A DNA stretch of 46,410 bases. Source: a virus. Taxonomy: Duplodnaviria; Heunggongvirae; Uroviricota; Caudoviricetes. The position numbers were made by a program, and so were the translations under genes. Below are positions 1 to 8,372 of this stretch, piece after piece. The stretch's first letter is position 1; each line of letters starts with the position of its first letter. The notes below the pieces were generated by a model, which saw only the letters and a list, made by a program, of their open reading frames with translations, searched no databases and was not told where the DNA came from. The stretch spans positions 1 to 46,410 of the IMG/VR virus record IMGVR_UViG_2721755497_000002; one strand, given 5' to 3'.

Positions 1-798
1 TTAATGAACATTCGTCGCCGAAAACGAGTCTGTATCATTAGTGCGATGCAGTCTCTGCAAAGGATCTTGTTGATAAAATTGGCAGAAACGTTGCCACAAT
101 GAAGGGAAACGAGGAGCAAAAAGTTCTGGGGCGCTAAAGAAATATTCAGAAAGTACGGCAAAACATTCAGCAGGATCACTGGCAGCATAAGCATCAATGC
201 TCGCCGCATTCTCGCCAACCAATTCGATTTCTTCCTGAATGTTGTTCATTGCAGCATGAAGATCGTGTTCCCAGCCAGCAACCTCACGCAACGGAATAAA
301 GGGAACTCCGCTGGCGCGATCGCCGTTACGGGTGTCCAGCTTATGAGCGACTTCATGAATAATCAGGTTAAAACCAGAAGCATCAAAAGAATCTTGTATA
401 TCCAACCAGTTCAAAACGATAGGCCCTTGCTGCCAGCTCTGACCTGACTGAACAATACGTTGGTTATGCACCAGACCGATATCGTCTTCCCATTCATCAT
501 CGACCACAAATGGCGCAGGATAAATTAAGACTTCATGAAAACCATCCAGCCATTCCAGTCCTAACTCCAGAACGGGTAGGCAAAATAGAAGTGCTATCCG
601 GCAGCTTCTTAATGAATCCAGTTCAAAGCCCTGTAAAGGAACAAGCCGCTTTTGCTGTAAAAAACGTTCGGCAAGAGTGACTAATTTGCTTTGTTCCTGT
701 TCCGTCAGACACGTTAAAAGGGGGATCGATAGTGCTTCCTGCCAGGGAAGGGCAGTTTGATGTGCTGATTCTTGTACTTTCCAGGGCCACTTAATCAT
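1..798 (-). CDS. mtfA: MtfA (Mlc titration factor A, zinc peptidase-like); host gene flanking the prophage
   Basis: ORF 1..837 minus; translation matches MtfA end to end; likely start at internal Met (MIKWPWK...) giving 265 aa; zinc-binding HEVAH motif present; stop at window position 1-3. Confidence 0.85.
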
Positions 799-891
799 CG
801 TTTTGCTCGCAAACTCGTCACTTGAACAAAATTGCACGGACAGGGACTGTTAAAATGCCAAATTTCCTGGCATCATGGCAACCATCTGAAC

Positions 892-981
892 GGAGAGATG
901 CCGGAGCGGCTGAACGGACCGGTCTCGAAAACCGGAGTGGGGGCAACTCCACCGGGGGTTCAAATCCCCCTCTCTCCGCCA
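892..981 (+). tRNA. serU: tRNA-Ser, anticodon CGA; prophage integration target
   Basis: 90-nt sequence GGAGAGATGCCGGAGCGGCTGAACGG...TTCAAATCCCCCTCTCTCCGCCA with long variable arm, anticodon loop CTCGAAA, 3' CCA; sits between mtfA and the phage integrase. Confidence 0.9.
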
Positions 982-1063
982 AAATTCAATCACTTACACA
1001 TCATTAAGTCAGTGACAAAAATCACACTTGGAATTACTTGGAATATTTTCTTGGAATATTTTC
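982..1063. repeat. attL candidate: tRNA 3' flank with tandem direct repeats (CTTGGAAT x3, including TTGGAATATTTTC x2) overlapping the int 3' end; possible arm-type Int binding sites
   Basis: Direct repeats visible at about 1027-1063, immediately between the tRNA and the integrase stop codon. Confidence 0.3.
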
Positions 1064-2059
1064 AGGTAACGGGACATCAAGTGTTGGTGAAACTTTAACC
1101 TTCCTGTCATAGATTAGCACTTGCCCTTCGGTTTTGTGACCAGAGAAAAGTTGCTTATCCCGGCTGCTTCCTTCATAGTCTGAAATTCCTTTCGCCTTCA
1201 GATCATGAAAGGTGAAGTCGGATAAAATACCTGAAATTTTTCCAGCACGATTTCTTGCTTCTACCCACATTTCGTTAAAGCCTTTGTACATATATCGGTT
1301 GCCGTATTGATTGCTGATCACATAGGCAGATTTTGGTAACTGTTTTGCTTTTTCGATCGCTGCCTGTAATCGTGGACTCCATGCTTTTATCTGTTTTTTT
1401 CCGGTTTTCCCTTGCTGGATGAATATCCCGTCGTTTCCAATCTGTTCCCATTTCAGCGATAACACATCGGAAACCCTCGCTGCACACAGATAGGCAATTT
1501 CCATTGCGATAAAAACAGGAAGAGGTGCAACGCTTAATACTGCCTGGTATTCTTTGTCGGTTACATATCGTTCGCGGTTTTTGGCCTTGAATTTACTTAC
1601 ACCTGCACATGGGTTAGCCTTGACGTACCCTCGCTCATACCCCCAACTGTAAACACGGGACATACTGCTTTTTTCATGGTTGGCTTGCGTTTTACTCTGC
1701 TCCCCTCTTTTGTCCATGTATCGACGGATGTGTTCTGGTTTTATGGAATCCGCTGGTACCTTACCGAATACGGCAAGCAACTTTTTTTGATGTTGCAGAT
1801 AATCTTTTTGTGTTCTTGGACTAAGGTCACTGTAATAGGCGCTGGCGAGGAATTTTTCCCACAAGCGACCGAATGTCATTGCACGATCGCGATTATTTAC
1901 AGTTTCCTCATACTTTTTCCATAAAGCAGCTAAACCATCCTTGATGGCGGTTAGTGTGACAGATTCTCTGGATGTTGGTTTCCATACATAACTATATTTA
2001 TTTGGGTATACATTTGGAGGTAATTTTTCGTGTTCAGGATTTTTCCTTCGTCTTCCCAT
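1034..2059 (-). CDS. int: Tyrosine integrase, lambda Int family
   Basis: 341-aa ORF; N-terminus MGRRRK...LPPN resembles lambda Int; directly adjacent to the tRNA integration site. Confidence 0.9.
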   Translation of the reverse strand: MGRRRKNPEHEKLPPNVYPNKYSYVWKPTSRESVTLTAIKDGLAALWKKYEETVNNRDRAMTFGRLWEKFLASAYYSDLSPRTQKDYLQHQKKLLAVFGKVPADSIKPEHIRRYMDKRGEQSKTQANHEKSSMSRVYSWGYERGYVKANPCAGVSKFKAKNRERYVTDKEYQAVLSVAPLPVFIAMEIAYLCAARVSDVLSLKWEQIGNDGIFIQQGKTGKKQIKAWSPRLQAAIEKAKQLPKSAYVISNQYGNRYMYKGFNEMWVEARNRAGKISGILSDFTFHDLKAKGISDYEGSSRDKQLFSGHKTEGQVLIYDRKVKVSPTLDVPLPENIPRKYSK

Positions 2060-2262
2060 CAGATCGCACCAAAATTCGGCTCTACCTCGCGTGGTGGTAA
2101 AGTTTTATTGCAGGTAAATAGATCCCGGCTGACAATCGGTTTGCCACTACGATTGGTATAGAACGGAAGCCCGTTTTCCATTAACCATTTTCGCTGGTGG
2201 CTTGCATATTTGCAGCCCGTTAATATTAGCAATTCATCTTCGGTTAAAAATAAGCTGCTCAT
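2059..2262 (-). CDS. xis: Excisionase-like protein
   Basis: 67-aa ORF immediately upstream of int with overlapping stop/start; size and position typical of lambdoid Xis. Confidence 0.55.
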   Translation of the reverse strand: MSSLFLTEDELLILTGCKYASHQRKWLMENGLPFYTNRSGKPIVSRDLFTCNKTLPPREVEPNFGAI

Positions 2263-2320
2263 AGCTATATCTCATAACCGCCGCTAACTATATACGGTTA
2301 GCGGCAATTAGGGTTGAACA

Positions 2321-4762
2321 TTAAAAATCAGCCTGACTCGGGATCAGTTTTTGCCAGATAGCTGAAACGTATTTTGCCTGGTAACGAGCGTCATCAAGTG
2401 CATTATGGCGCTCACCTTCGAATGGGATAGCAGTTCTGGCATCGAAGTCTATGGCTTTCCCCAGCTCAACGATTGTGCGTACATCGCGATCGTTGCAGTA
2501 GCGCCATGGGCAGGGGATACCCTGTCGTTCGTATGAACGGCGTAAAATCACGTTGTCGAAGTTGGCCCCATTACCCCAGACCTGAACAAAAAATTCACCG
2601 GAGTTTTCGTCGATAAATTCCCGCAATTGCAGTAGTGCATCATCTAACGGGATTTCATCGGTCATAATGGCAGACTGCGCTTCACGTGATTGCTTCAGCC
2701 ACCATTTAATGACGTCACGATCAATGACTCCGCCAGCAGTATCCAGATCGATGGTCTTGCTAAATTCCGGTCCCATATCTCCGGTTTGTGGATCGAAAAA
2801 TATTGCGCCTATTGAGATAATCGGGGCATCGGGATTTATTCCCATGGTTTCAAGGTCGATCATCAGATGAATCCCCGCTCTGCTGGTGGATGTGAGATTA
2901 TGATGACCGTTCGCCTTAATTAAGGGATCTGACGCCTCGCCAGTTTCACTATCGCTGGCATGATGCTGATTGCCGCCAGTGTTCTCCTTGTGCTGATGCG
3001 CAGTGCCTTCCATTTCCTCCGGATCATTTTCCTGAACTTCAGGCTGATTCTCTCCATCGAATATTTCCTGGTATGTTGCGTCACCCATCACCGCACCACA
3101 ATCAGGGCAGTTGCCGCCACCGCTATGACCGCAGGCGGTGCAGATCTTTTCCGGTTCCTGTTGCACTACTGGTTCAGGTTGTTTCGTTTCTGGCTCGTTT
3201 TGTTGCGTATTTGGGCTGTTTTGTTCCGCTTTCTGGTCGTTCTGTTCCGTTTCTTGCTGGTTCTGGTTCACAGAATCGCGAGTCTGGATCCCCTTGACCC
3301 ATTTCGGATCATTAGGGTCGCTAATCCCCTCAACAAATTCACCACGCGATACAGCAAGTAACTTATCGGCGTCAGGCTGGCTGATATTGGCTGCCTGCAT
3401 AATTTTGTTTACTTCGTCAGCGGTGACTTTTACCTGGTTAGCGGAACTCACCTGCGACTGAGCATCCAGCGACTGCGCGTTCTGGCAATGTTCAGTTGTA
3501 TCCGGTTCCATTGTTTCAGTTGTTGCCTGTTCACCTGCCATTGCGTCAGATGGTTGTGGTTTTTCTTCCTCTGTTTCACGTTCAGTAACCACCTCGCGGT
3601 TAATTTCTTCCAGGATATCTTTTTCCGGCGTATGCCGGGCAGCTGTGAGAGTTTCCTTGCTGGGGTTCTCGTGATCAGTTTCCGTCAAATAGGCGTTGAT
3701 ATACCCCTGAAGGCGTCCCGGGTAGTGATAAAATTCAGGGTGTGCGCTTCGGATAAGTGCAAAAATAGCGGCGCGGGAATAGTCCAGAATACCCGGGGTT
3801 GCACGAAGTGCTGAGGACCATTCTTTGAACGGACTTTCTTTTTTCAGGACTACTTCTTTTGCGCGACGATAAACGCTGCCCGGAATTTCATAAATATTAA
3901 AATCCATCGGAAGTGTGGCTGCTGCAATCTCCACATCCAGTGTGTCGAGGGTGTGTACTAAATTCGGATTGCGATCGGTTTTGTTCCCACCGCCAGCATT
4001 AGCACCGGAAGCCGTGCGGGTGATGCGTGAAACACGATTTCCTTTCATCCACTCTTTTGTCAGCAGACCCCGATCAATGTAGTCAGCGTCCAGGTATGCT
4101 TCGAAAAAAGCAGTTATTAGTCCCAGGTCTGAATTACCAGGATTAGGGAAAACTTTGTCAGTGTCACGAACCAGTTTGTGGAGGTCGCGAATCTCCAGCG
4201 AGTCGAGCAGACTGGTTTTATGCGAAATAGCCAGGGCAGTAACAGCCGGTAGTTCTTCAGCCCGTGCAATGTGTAATGCCTGGAGTTCGTCGCGTGAAAC
4301 GTGCGTTACTGGTTTTTCGCTGCCGTGTTGAGCAAGCCAACGAATGGGCAGTTCCTGACCGGAGACAGGCAGAAGCATGCTCTCCTCAATCTCAGTCATG
4401 TCTTCGCCGTTGATGTTGGTATTGTCAGTGCTGGCTGGTTTGTCCTGAACAGAGGGGGAAGGGCCGATAAATGTCATTGTGATGCCATCTTTCCCGCCTT
4501 TTTCATAGCGGTTGCAGAATTCAGTATCAAACACGCCTTCTGGCGGAAGGTCGTCAACAACGGGCAAATTGACGCGGACGGGTTTTTTAAAGTCGTCTTC
4601 ATCATAATCGTTGTCATCCATTGCGGTAATGCAGCGGGAGATTGCAACAGATAATTTTTTTGCTGTAGTCCAGTAAAAACCACCTTTAATTCCCAGGCGT
4701 TTTCTTACTTTGTCATTTTTTGCTTCGCAATATAGTGCAAATTCTTCTTTATCAGTGCTCAT
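2321..4762 (-). CDS. Large phage exonuclease: long acidic N-terminal region with a C4 zinc ribbon and a C-terminal DnaQ-like (DEDDh) 3'-5' exonuclease domain; the type often annotated exodeoxyribonuclease VIII-like in lambdoid prophages
   Basis: 813-aa ORF; C-terminal motifs IDLETMG (Exo I), WGNGANFD (Exo II), HNALDDARY (Exo III); zinc ribbon CTACGHSGGGNCPDCG. Confidence 0.75.
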   Translation of the reverse strand: MSTDKEEFALYCEAKNDKVRKRLGIKGGFYWTTAKKLSVAISRCITAMDDNDYDEDDFKKPVRVNLPVVDDLPPEGVFDTEFCNRYEKGGKDGITMTFIGPSPSVQDKPASTDNTNINGEDMTEIEESMLLPVSGQELPIRWLAQHGSEKPVTHVSRDELQALHIARAEELPAVTALAISHKTSLLDSLEIRDLHKLVRDTDKVFPNPGNSDLGLITAFFEAYLDADYIDRGLLTKEWMKGNRVSRITRTASGANAGGGNKTDRNPNLVHTLDTLDVEIAAATLPMDFNIYEIPGSVYRRAKEVVLKKESPFKEWSSALRATPGILDYSRAAIFALIRSAHPEFYHYPGRLQGYINAYLTETDHENPSKETLTAARHTPEKDILEEINREVVTERETEEEKPQPSDAMAGEQATTETMEPDTTEHCQNAQSLDAQSQVSSANQVKVTADEVNKIMQAANISQPDADKLLAVSRGEFVEGISDPNDPKWVKGIQTRDSVNQNQQETEQNDQKAEQNSPNTQQNEPETKQPEPVVQQEPEKICTACGHSGGGNCPDCGAVMGDATYQEIFDGENQPEVQENDPEEMEGTAHQHKENTGGNQHHASDSETGEASDPLIKANGHHNLTSTSRAGIHLMIDLETMGINPDAPIISIGAIFFDPQTGDMGPEFSKTIDLDTAGGVIDRDVIKWWLKQSREAQSAIMTDEIPLDDALLQLREFIDENSGEFFVQVWGNGANFDNVILRRSYERQGIPCPWRYCNDRDVRTIVELGKAIDFDARTAIPFEGERHNALDDARYQAKYVSAIWQKLIPSQADF

Positions 4763-4855
4763 TATTGGTAAACCTCATCACAGATTTAAGGGTGAACAAA
4801 TCTCTGCCATTGCTGACATATAAGAATGAAACTGGATATTTATTACGGTGCTGTT

Positions 4856-5047
4856 TTAAAATCCTGCCGGGATTTCGTTATTATCCTGGTGAATAACTTT
4901 ATCGACCGGATAACAGTTGCCTGGAATTTTCTGTTCGGTTGCTGCTGCCATACATTCCTGCATTGTTCTGTGAACACTGACTGCAATATCAACTGGCTCT
5001 CCGGAAACAAGAAAAACCGTCAGAATAAGTGCAAATACTGGATTCAT
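4856..5047 (-). CDS. ydfD: YdfD, small membrane lysis protein of the dicB operon
   Basis: Internal Met of ORF 4856..5101 gives 63 aa MNPVFALILTVFLVSGEPVD... matching YdfD as recalled; start overlaps dicB stop (ATGA). Confidence 0.75.
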   Translation of the reverse strand: MNPVFALILTVFLVSGEPVDIAVSVHRTMQECMAAATEQKIPGNCYPVDKVIHQDNNEIPAGF

Positions 5048-5232
5048 TGTGCACATCCCTTTGGCATCAGACGTAAACGGGCCAGCATTGAAACAATGCA
5101 TACTTTATTTAATAACTCCCGTTCGTGTTTTCTTTTGTTAATGGCATCTTCAGTAAATACAGGATTACTGATAGTGACACCAATTTCAAAACAACCTTCA
5201 GACGTATTAACGTTTGGTAATAACGTTTTCAT
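5044..5232 (-). CDS. dicB: DicB cell division inhibitor (MinC-activating)
   Basis: Internal Met of ORF 5044..5337 gives 62 aa MKTLLPNVNTSEGCFEIGVTISNPVFTEDAINKRK...MPKGCAQ, matching DicB of Qin prophage. Confidence 0.85.
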   Translation of the reverse strand: MKTLLPNVNTSEGCFEIGVTISNPVFTEDAINKRKHERELLNKVCIVSMLARLRLMPKGCAQ

Positions 5233-5406
5233 TATCGCGCCCTCAACAATGAGTTTTGTGATGCGGTGCCTGGTGCCTCCAGGTGACGTTAACCAGTTAA
5301 CAATTAACGCCGGATACAGAGAATCCACCCATAACACTGTTTTTGGTTTTAACTGTTCCGCGTGCGCTTAGTCGCATTCACCGCATCACAAAATTCACTT
5401 TAAAAA

Positions 5407-5459
5407 GGGCGGCAGAGCAGTCACGGAGTAAAACTGATACCGCCAAACGTCACCAGAAA
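5407..5459 (-). ncRNA. dicF: DicF small RNA (Hfq-dependent, represses ftsZ)
   Basis: Reverse complement reads TTTCTGGTGACGTTTGGCGGTATCAGTTTTACTCCGTGACTGCTCTGCCGCCC followed by a U-tract; lies between ydfC and dicB as in Qin. Confidence 0.8.
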
Positions 5460-5799
5460 ATTGATAACAGAGGGCGTTGCAGCGGGGTTGTCACTTAAGC
5501 GTATGGTCAACCTGACAACCCGGTGTCCTCAACGGGGAAGGAATAACCCCGCCATACTTACCGCCGCGTCATTTCGCGGAGTGCCACAACCGGAAGCGCA
5601 CGGTCGACGAAAATTTAACGACAGGCTATCTATGAACCAGCTACCTCGCCGTGCGCTTTCGCGTTATGGTCTGACTTTTCATGGAAATATCCTTTCAGTA
5701 AACTGTCAGTGCCGGATGCTCACCCGTGTCCGGCGCACGCACTCCACCTCACCCGTGGAGAACTCCTTAATTACCAACCTTAGCTTCGTTGGTTAGCTA

Positions 5800-6018
5800 T
5801 TAACGCGGGTATGTAATCATTCTGGCAATGCTTAATGCCGCTGCTTTTTCCAGATTGGTGATATCCTGCTCCAGAGCGGACAGATTTTCAGCCTGCTTAG
5901 CCCTGGCTTCATTGGCCCATTTCAGATCCTGCGCTGCATTAATTTTCTGGCGCATCCACTCATAAAGTTCATCATCGGTATAGTCTGGCGCGATGATGAC
6001 GGGTTCTCGTTTCTGCAT
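5800..6018 (-). CDS. ydfC: YdfC-like protein of the dicB operon
   Basis: 72-aa ORF MQKREPVIIAPDYTDDELYEWMRQKINAAQ... in the expected operon position. Confidence 0.7.
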   Translation of the reverse strand: MQKREPVIIAPDYTDDELYEWMRQKINAAQDLKWANEARAKQAENLSALEQDITNLEKAAALSIARMITYPR

Positions 6019-6047
6019 ACTGATTCCTCGCGGTGCTGCTTCGCTTA

Positions 6048-6176
6048 TCAGCCATTAGATTTTGCCGAACTGGAAAGCGCCTGTTTAAACTCACTGAAGC
6101 TGAGAGCTTCTTCGCCTTCGGCAAGGCCTTCGAAGTATTCTTCGTAAGCCTTTTCCATGACTGTGTTGAAATCCAT
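6048..6176 (-). CDS. ydfB: YdfB-like small protein (42 aa)
   Basis: Not in ORF track (under 60 aa); minus strand reads MDFNTVMEKAYEEYFEGLAEGEEALSFSEFKQALSSSAKSNG; adjacent to ydfA stop. Confidence 0.65.
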   Translation of the reverse strand: MDFNTVMEKAYEEYFEGLAEGEEALSFSEFKQALSSSAKSNG

Positions 6177-6177
6177 A

Positions 6178-6333
6178 TCACTCACCTGGATTTCTTTCTA
6201 GCCAGCGACGCGCGCCAGATTCGGTTTTAAACGTTTTACTTTTGGTATACGTCATCGCGGTGAACGTGCCGTCCTGGTTGGGAAACACGCCGTACACCAG
6301 AGATTCGTTGTTGCCAAGATCGATAGTATCCAT
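6178..6333 (-). CDS. ydfA: YdfA-like small protein (51 aa)
   Basis: Internal Met of ORF 6178..6414 gives MDTIDLGNNESLVYGVFPNQDGTFTAMTYTKSKTFKTESGARRWLERNPGE. Confidence 0.7.
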   Translation of the reverse strand: MDTIDLGNNESLVYGVFPNQDGTFTAMTYTKSKTFKTESGARRWLERNPGE

Positions 6334-6622
6334 GCTGACCTCATTTCCCCTTAACGCCGGGGTAGCGGAACAAAAACCTGCTGCATAGTTATTAAAGTTG
6401 AACCCTGCCGTCATGTTCTTACGCCTCGGGCTGGCTACTTAACCCCTGACCACTGCCTGGTAACTCGAAGTATTGCCCGGCGTTCTGTGGGGCGGGGTGG
6501 GTTGGTAGATTCAGTTTAATAAACATTAAACTGAAGTCAAGTAAAAACTAAATCATGGGGCGTAACAAACACAACGCTTTTGATAAAGTCGTTGCGGTTG
6601 TTATTTCTATTGGTAGTGAAAG

Positions 6623-6901
6623 TTAGGGAAACTGGCGTCTTGCGTGGATCACGTTTACTACTTCAACGCTTGATGTTGTTACGCGGTATAGAATTATATA
6701 GTTAGGGTGGGCCACAATCTCACGCAAGCCAGGTACTCTGTCGCTTGGTGGGTATAAATACGGATGTTCGGATAATGGCAGCACACAACCCCTTAATCGC
6801 TGCCATAAGCGTTCAGCCGCATCTACGTCGAAACGAGCAATATAACTAGTTATATCATCTAGGTCGGTATCTGCGCTTTCAAGCCATAACACGGGTAACA
6901 T
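6623..6901 (-). CDS. ParE/RelE-family type II toxin (candidate)
   Basis: About 92 aa from internal Met (MLPVLWLESADTDLDDITSYIARF...IHARRQFP); size and composition typical of ParE/RelE toxins; start is 1 nt after the stop of the upstream small gene. Confidence 0.65.
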   Translation of the reverse strand: MLPVLWLESADTDLDDITSYIARFDVDAAERLWQRLRGCVLPLSEHPYLYPPSDRVPGLREIVAHPNYIILYRVTTSSVEVVNVIHARRQFP

Positions 6902-6902
6902 T

Positions 6903-7094
6903 TTACTGCTTGCTCCGTTCCTTCCGCATTTTAGCAAAGCGTTCTGCCATTCTGCGCTCAACTTCGTCATGGGGAATTGCTGGGCGCGGATCTGCAAGGC
7001 TTGTTGCTACTTTCGCACGCAGCCATTCGTTGTAACTGTTTTCTTGTTCAATGGTTTCAAATTCAGAAACCATTGGTGAAAGGGCTCTATTCAT
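6903..7094 (-). CDS. Cognate antitoxin candidate (small DNA-binding protein)
   Basis: 63 aa from internal Met (MNRALSPMVSEFETIEQENSYNEWLRAK...); GGAGG Shine-Dalgarno 4 nt upstream; immediately upstream of and coupled to the toxin gene. Confidence 0.55.
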   Translation of the reverse strand: MNRALSPMVSEFETIEQENSYNEWLRAKVATSLADPRPAIPHDEVERRMAERFAKMRKERSKQ

Positions 7095-7114
7095 GTTTCC
7101 TCCGGTTTTATAAC

Positions 7115-7486
7115 TCAGGCGCGGCGGCATTTTTGCGCCGCAATCCATCTCGCTATGAGATCTTCCATTGATTCTTTTTTCTGCTTTAACTCGCTGATTA
7201 TCTGGCGTTGCTCATCCTCAGGGAAGGCTGAAAAAATCTGCAATAATTCCAGTTGATTAGACGTTAACCCTGCATGTGGTGGAGAAACCTCAGGTTGTTC
7301 TGCGTATTCCACATCTAGATACCCATCCGGCATCCCGTATGTTTGCTCTATTCTTCTGGCAGCCTTTTCTCCAAACGAGGCTCTCCCACTCATTAGTTGA
7401 GATAGGTAGCTCTTCTCTTTGGGTGGCAGAGTTTTATCTTTAAACCACTCCTTGAGACGTAAACGGCGAATTTCTTTTTTTTGCAT
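7115..7486 (-). CDS. Phage repressor, cI/DicA-like (HTH XRE family)
   Basis: 123 aa from internal Met MQKKEIRRLRLKEWF...; HTH region SYLSQLMSGRASFGEKAARRIEQ; divergent from the cro-like gene across an operator-rich spacer. Confidence 0.8.
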   Translation of the reverse strand: MQKKEIRRLRLKEWFKDKTLPPKEKSYLSQLMSGRASFGEKAARRIEQTYGMPDGYLDVEYAEQPEVSPPHAGLTSNQLELLQIFSAFPEDEQRQIISELKQKKESMEDLIARWIAAQKCRRA

Positions 7487-7582
7487 GTGGTAATTATCTT
7501 TAGTAATCACTAAACAAGCAAATACTTGACTTAATGGTTTATTAAACACTAAACTCGCAAAAAACACTAAACCGAGGAAGGT
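7487..7582. promoter_or_regulatory. Immunity-region divergent promoter/operator spacer with three ACTAAAC-containing direct repeats and a rightward TTGACT-N18-TAAACT promoter
   Basis: Repeats atcACTAAACaag, aacACTAAACtcg, aacACTAAACcga; sigma70-like -35/-10 upstream of the cro-like gene. Confidence 0.45.
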
Positions 7583-7885
7583 ATGACATTAAAAGAGTTT
7601 ATTAAATCATTGAGGGTTGGTGATGCTAAGAAATTCGCGGCCAGACTTGGTGTATCGCCATCTTACTTATCGCAAATGGCGTCTGGACGAGCAGCTATAT
7701 CTCCAACCCGCGCCCTTATGATCGAATCTGCTACGGAAGGCCAAGTAAGTAGGGCGGAGCTACGACCCCATGATTGGGAACTTATTTGGCCTGAGTATGC
7801 GAGCGGCATTCGTTTGGGGCAAACGCATGTAGTTCATGCTGAAGGTGATTGTAGTGCATGCTTATCTGATGGAGTTGATTCATGA
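7583..7885 (+). CDS. Cro-like HTH regulator (YdaS family)
   Basis: 100-aa ORF; HTH motif AARLGVSPSYLSQMASGRAAIS; first gene of the rightward early operon. Confidence 0.7.
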   Translation: MTLKEFIKSLRVGDAKKFAARLGVSPSYLSQMASGRAAISPTRALMIESATEGQVSRAELRPHDWELIWPEYASGIRLGQTHVVHAEGDCSACLSDGVDS

Positions 7886-8307
7886 AAATCAAGCATGAGC
7901 ATATTCGCATGGCGATGAATGCCTGGGCGCGTCCGGATGGTGAAAAAGTTCCGGTAGCCGAGATAACCAGGGTTTATTTCGAGCTGGGCATGACGTTTCC
8001 TGAGCTGTATGACGACAGCCATCCGGAAGCCCTGGCCCGTAATACCCAGAAAATTTTCCGCTGGGTGGAGAAAGACACCCCTGATGCGGTTGAAAAAATT
8101 CAGGCGTTACTGCCAGCGATCGAAAAGGCAATGCCGCCTTTGCTGGTGGCCAGAATGCGTAGTCACAGCTCAGCCTATTTCAGGGAGCTGCTGGAGACAC
8201 GAGAACGGCTGGTGAGAGACGCTGATGATTTTATCGCAGTGGCAATCGCCGGTTTCAATCAGATGAACCGTGGTGGCCCTGCAGGAAATATTGTGGCTGT
8301 GCATTGA
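7882..8307 (+). CDS. YdaT-family protein (CII-like functional analogue)
   Basis: 141-aa ORF overlapping the cro-like stop; size and position match Rac YdaT. Confidence 0.6.
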   Translation: MKIKHEHIRMAMNAWARPDGEKVPVAEITRVYFELGMTFPELYDDSHPEALARNTQKIFRWVEKDTPDAVEKIQALLPAIEKAMPPLLVARMRSHSSAYFRELLETRERLVRDADDFIAVAIAGFNQMNRGGPAGNIVAVH

Positions 8308-8372
8308 CTCGCAATATTCATACCGGATCACTTCCGGCAATTTGTGAGTAAAAAGATTCGGTATCAAAAGAG

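Noticed and set aside
2667-4654. Several plus-strand ORFs (67-133 aa) inside the exonuclease gene
   Set aside because: All antisense to the 813-aa exonuclease ORF; low-complexity translations without start-site support.
4826-5371. 181-aa plus-strand ORF overlapping ydfD and dicB
   Set aside because: Antisense to two genes with exact matches to known proteins; translation is low-complexity.
5461-5796. 111-aa ORF (TTG start) in the ydfC-dicF spacer
   Set aside because: Lies on the opposite strand of the dicB operon transcript, within the processed leader that yields DicF; no Shine-Dalgarno and an Arg/Pro-rich translation typical of a spurious frame.
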